A stretch of 64,000 bases of DNA from Candidatus Eiseniibacteriota bacterium (GTDB lineage Bacteria; Eisenbacteria; RBG-16-71-46; JABDJR01). Made by a program: the position numbers and the translations under genes. Below the pieces are notes generated by a model. It had not been told where the DNA came from, made no database searches, and saw only the letters and a list, made by a program, of their open reading frames with translations. Below, piece after piece: positions 61,498 through 64,000 of this stretch (position 1 is its first letter; each line of letters begins with the position of its first letter). Where the stretch lies: contig CAVXKA010000001.1 in NCBI GenBank assembly GCA_963762255.1, positions 1,391,222 to 1,455,221 of the forward strand, written 5' to 3'.

Positions 61498-62460
61498 ATG
61501 CGTCGACGCGATTGGTTCCCGGCTCTAGGCCTTCTGCTCGCCGCTGCGACTTTGTTTCCGGGTGCCGCGCGCGCCGCGGATCCGGGTCTCACCGTGCTCA
61601 ATTTCCTGGAGATTGGCGCGGGGGCGCGAGCGGCGGCTCTGGGCAACGCCTTCGTGGCGGTGGCCGACGACGCCAGCGCGACCTACTGGAATCCCGCCGG
61701 GCTCCTGGCGATCCGGCGCAACGACGTGCTCGGCACCCATAACGCCTGGATCCAGGATCTGCGCCACGAGTTCGCGGCTTTCGGCGCGCGTCGCGGGCGA
61801 CACGCGATCGGGCTCTCCTTCATCGGCCTCTACACGGACGACATCGACGCGCGCAACGAAGTCGGGGACTACGTCGGCCAGTTCGGTTACTCCGACAACG
61901 CCTTCGCGGCTTCCTACGCGTTCCAGCTCAGCGACGCGTTGGGCCTGGGGGCAACGGCGCGCTACGTGCGCGAGTCGATCATCGGTGTGCCGGAGATGGA
62001 CACAGGGACGGAGATCCCGCCGGACAACGTGCTGAGCGGGTGGGCGTGGGATTTCGGGGGCACGTGGAAGACTCCAGCCCAGGGACTCACCGCGGGGGTG
62101 GCGCTCAGGAACCTGGGGGGGCAACTCTCTTACGATTTCAGTGGCGCGCAGAGTTTCGATCTGCCCAGTGCGATGCAGGCCGGCCTTGCGTTTCGCCGTC
62201 CCGATTTCCGCAACGGGGCTCTCACCCTGAGTGCGGATTTCCTGGCCGCGAGGGGCGCCGACGCGTCCATCCGTATGGGCGCCGAGTACGCCTACCGCGG
62301 GCAGTTCCTGGTCGGCGCGGGCTACAAGACCGGCCTCGAGAACGAGAACGTGAGCTTCGGAATCGGCTACGAGAAGGGCGTCCGCGTGAACTATGCGTTC
62401 ACACCGCTCTACAGCGATCTCGGCAATAGCCACCGCATCTCGCTCGGTTACGCCTGGTAG
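61498..62460 (+). CDS. PorV/PorQ family outer membrane protein
   Basis: FLEIGAGARAAALGNAFVAVADDASATYWNPAGL; ends HRISLGYAW. Confidence 0.88.
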   Translation: MRRRDWFPALGLLLAAATLFPGAARAADPGLTVLNFLEIGAGARAAALGNAFVAVADDASATYWNPAGLLAIRRNDVLGTHNAWIQDLRHEFAAFGARRGRHAIGLSFIGLYTDDIDARNEVGDYVGQFGYSDNAFAASYAFQLSDALGLGATARYVRESIIGVPEMDTGTEIPPDNVLSGWAWDFGGTWKTPAQGLTAGVALRNLGGQLSYDFSGAQSFDLPSAMQAGLAFRRPDFRNGALTLSADFLAARGADASIRMGAEYAYRGQFLVGAGYKTGLENENVSFGIGYEKGVRVNYAFTPLYSDLGNSHRISLGYAW

Positions 62461-62479
62461 GCGAAGGGGCGCGCTCCCC

Positions 62480-64000
62480 GTGCGCGGGCTCGCCCCCATC
62501 GTGCTCCTCGCCGCGCTAGCCGCGGTCTTCGTCGGCGGCGGCGGGAATGCTTCGACGCCGCCGGAAGCTCTTGTGGCCCCCTCCGAAGTCCTCGTGTTGA
62601 TGCGCGCCGCCGGCGAGGTGCCCGGTGTGTCCGGGTCGGCGGGCGAACCGGGCGGCGAGGGCGAGATCCTCGATCGTGCCCGGCGCGTCGGCGTGCGGGT
62701 GCGGGAGCTGCGACCCCTGGTCCCGGCGGGCGCGACCCGGCGGGCCGGTGACGGGAAAGACGTCCTATCCGCGCGGGCGTGGGTTCTGCGCTACGAAGGG
62801 AGCGAGGCTCCGTCGAAGGTCGCGGCGCGACTCATCGAAGACGCCTCGGTGGAGTACGCCGGGCCGAACCACCTGATCCCGATCGAGGCGGCCGGGCCGC
62901 CGGCCCGCGCGCTCGCTCGCGCCGCCGCGCCGCCTGCTCACGCGACGGATGCACCCGACGATCCGCTCTACGATGAGCAGATCGCGCTCGCCGCGCTCAA
63001 CGTCCCGCAAGCCTGGTTGCGCACACGCGGCGCGGGAATCCTGATCGCGATCATCGACACCGGCGTGGAGCTGGATCACCCCGACCTCGTCGAGCGCATC
63101 GCGGTCAACGCGGCCGAGCGTGACGGCCTCCCCGGTGTGGACGACGACGGCAACGGCTATGCCGATGACGTGTGGGGCTATGACTTCACCGATGCCCCCG
63201 GCCTCCCCGGCATCGGCGATTACCTCGGCCGCGACGCGGATCCAACCGATGACTTCGGCCACGGGACACAGGTGGCGGGGGCGGCCGCCGCCACCCGCAA
63301 CAACGGAATCGGCATCGCCGGCGTCGCGCCGGAATCGAGCATTCTTGCCCTGAGAGCCGGACTGCGCACCTCGTTGCCGTTCCTTCCCGCGCTCTTGCAA
63401 GAGGACGATGCCGCGGCGGCGATCCTCTATGCCGCCGACCGAGGTGCGAACATCCTCAACCTCTCCTGGGGCGACGTCGTCGAGGCCCCGATCGTCGGCG
63501 AGGCGATCCGCTACGCGCGCGCGCGCGGGTGCCTCGTGGTGGCCGGCGCCGGAAACACGCCCGCCGACACGAGCTTCTATCCCGCCGCGTATCCGGGCGT
63601 CGTTTCGGTGGGAGCGACCGACGGGAGCGGCATGCGCGCAGGATTCTCGACCTTCGGTCAGGATCTCGACGTCGTCGCGCCCGGCACCGGCGTCTACGTG
63701 ACCACGCTGGGGGGCGGCTACGGTACCGCCGGCGGCACGTCGTTCAGCGCGCCGCTCACCGCCGGGACGGCGGCCCTGGTGTGGAGCGTGTTCCCGTCGT
63801 GGACGGCGGATCAGGTGGCGTGGCGGCTGCGAATGAGCGCCGGTAGTGCCCGCGAAGGATGGAACGGCGATCTCGGGTGGGGGTTGGTGGATGCGGCTCG
63901 GGCCGTCGCCGAGGGCCCGCTTCCGCCGGTAGCGCAGATCGAGAGCGTGCGGCTCGCGGGCGCGCCGGGTGCGTCCGACGGCGCGGATGGCGGGACCGGC
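62480..64000 (+). CDS. S8 subtilisin-like serine protease (runs off window end; absent from the ORF track)
   Basis: My own translation from GTG 62480: signal peptide, IAIIDTG, HGTQVAG, GGTSFSAP in one open frame. Confidence 0.9.
   Translation, partial: MRGLAPIVLLAALAAVFVGGGGNASTPPEALVAPSEVLVLMRAAGEVPGVSGSAGEPGGEGEILDRARRVGVRVRELRPLVPAGATRRAGDGKDVLSARAWVLRYEGSEAPSKVAARLIEDASVEYAGPNHLIPIEAAGPPARALARAAAPPAHATDAPDDPLYDEQIALAALNVPQAWLRTRGAGILIAIIDTGVELDHPDLVERIAVNAAERDGLPGVDDDGNGYADDVWGYDFTDAPGLPGIGDYLGRDADPTDDFGHGTQVAGAAAATRNNGIGIAGVAPESSILALRAGLRTSLPFLPALLQEDDAAAAILYAADRGANILNLSWGDVVEAPIVGEAIRYARARGCLVVAGAGNTPADTSFYPAAYPGVVSVGATDGSGMRAGFSTFGQDLDVVAPGTGVYVTTLGGGYGTAGGTSFSAPLTAGTAALVWSVFPSWTADQVAWRLRMSAGSAREGWNGDLGWGLVDAARAVAEGPLPPVAQIESVRLAGAPGASDGADGGTG

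Overview
High-GC bacterial chromosomal window. FlgD/T9SS-like C-terminal sorting domains, a PorV-like protein and many sigma54 elements suggest an FCB-adjacent lineage such as Ca. Eisenbacteria or Latescibacterota (inference only). The left half is dominated by a 32.6 kb integrative element (2533-35129) inserted at the 3' end of an initiator tRNA-Met (35118-35194, minus). The element is bounded by a 12-bp direct repeat (TGGTAGCGGGGG), and the displaced tRNA terminator lies at 2486-2525. Joining the ends rebuilds a 48-bp attP with perfect 10-bp inverted arms. That attP lies inside the large serine recombinase gene, so excision swaps the enzyme's C-terminus (10 aa tRNA-derived tail to a 49 aa element-derived tail). 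Core genes are a serine recombinase, a CHC2-Toprim-P-loop primase with iteron-like repeats, an adenine MTase, a ParB-like protein, and small- and large-terminase genes. No portal, capsid or tail gene is recognisable, so the element is satellite-like or a decayed prophage. The middle of the element is defence-island-like cargo: a PLD-SNF2 helicase plus type ISP-like MTase, a winged-helix-HNH, a PD-(D/E)xK nuclease, an HNH, a Pycsar-effector-like membrane protein, a STAND/NACHT NTPase, a J-domain-TonB fusion, a mini tyrosine recombinase, and FGE and TolB lipoproteins. The right half is host DNA: ftsB-like, eno, an ECF sigma/anti-sigma locus, secreted peptidases, a BamA-like protein, NtrY/NtrX-like two-component system, rlmN, an ArsR regulator, a small exported GDPDAF-repeat protein next to a TPR-GAF-sigma54 activator, an AAA ATPase, an unannotated ~260-nt highly structured RNA candidate with a strong terminator, a CPBP protease, M6 and S8 proteases and a PorV-like gene. 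Two genes (Fic, DUF4390) carry single-base frameshifts. All domain calls come from motif recognition by eye; no searches were run.
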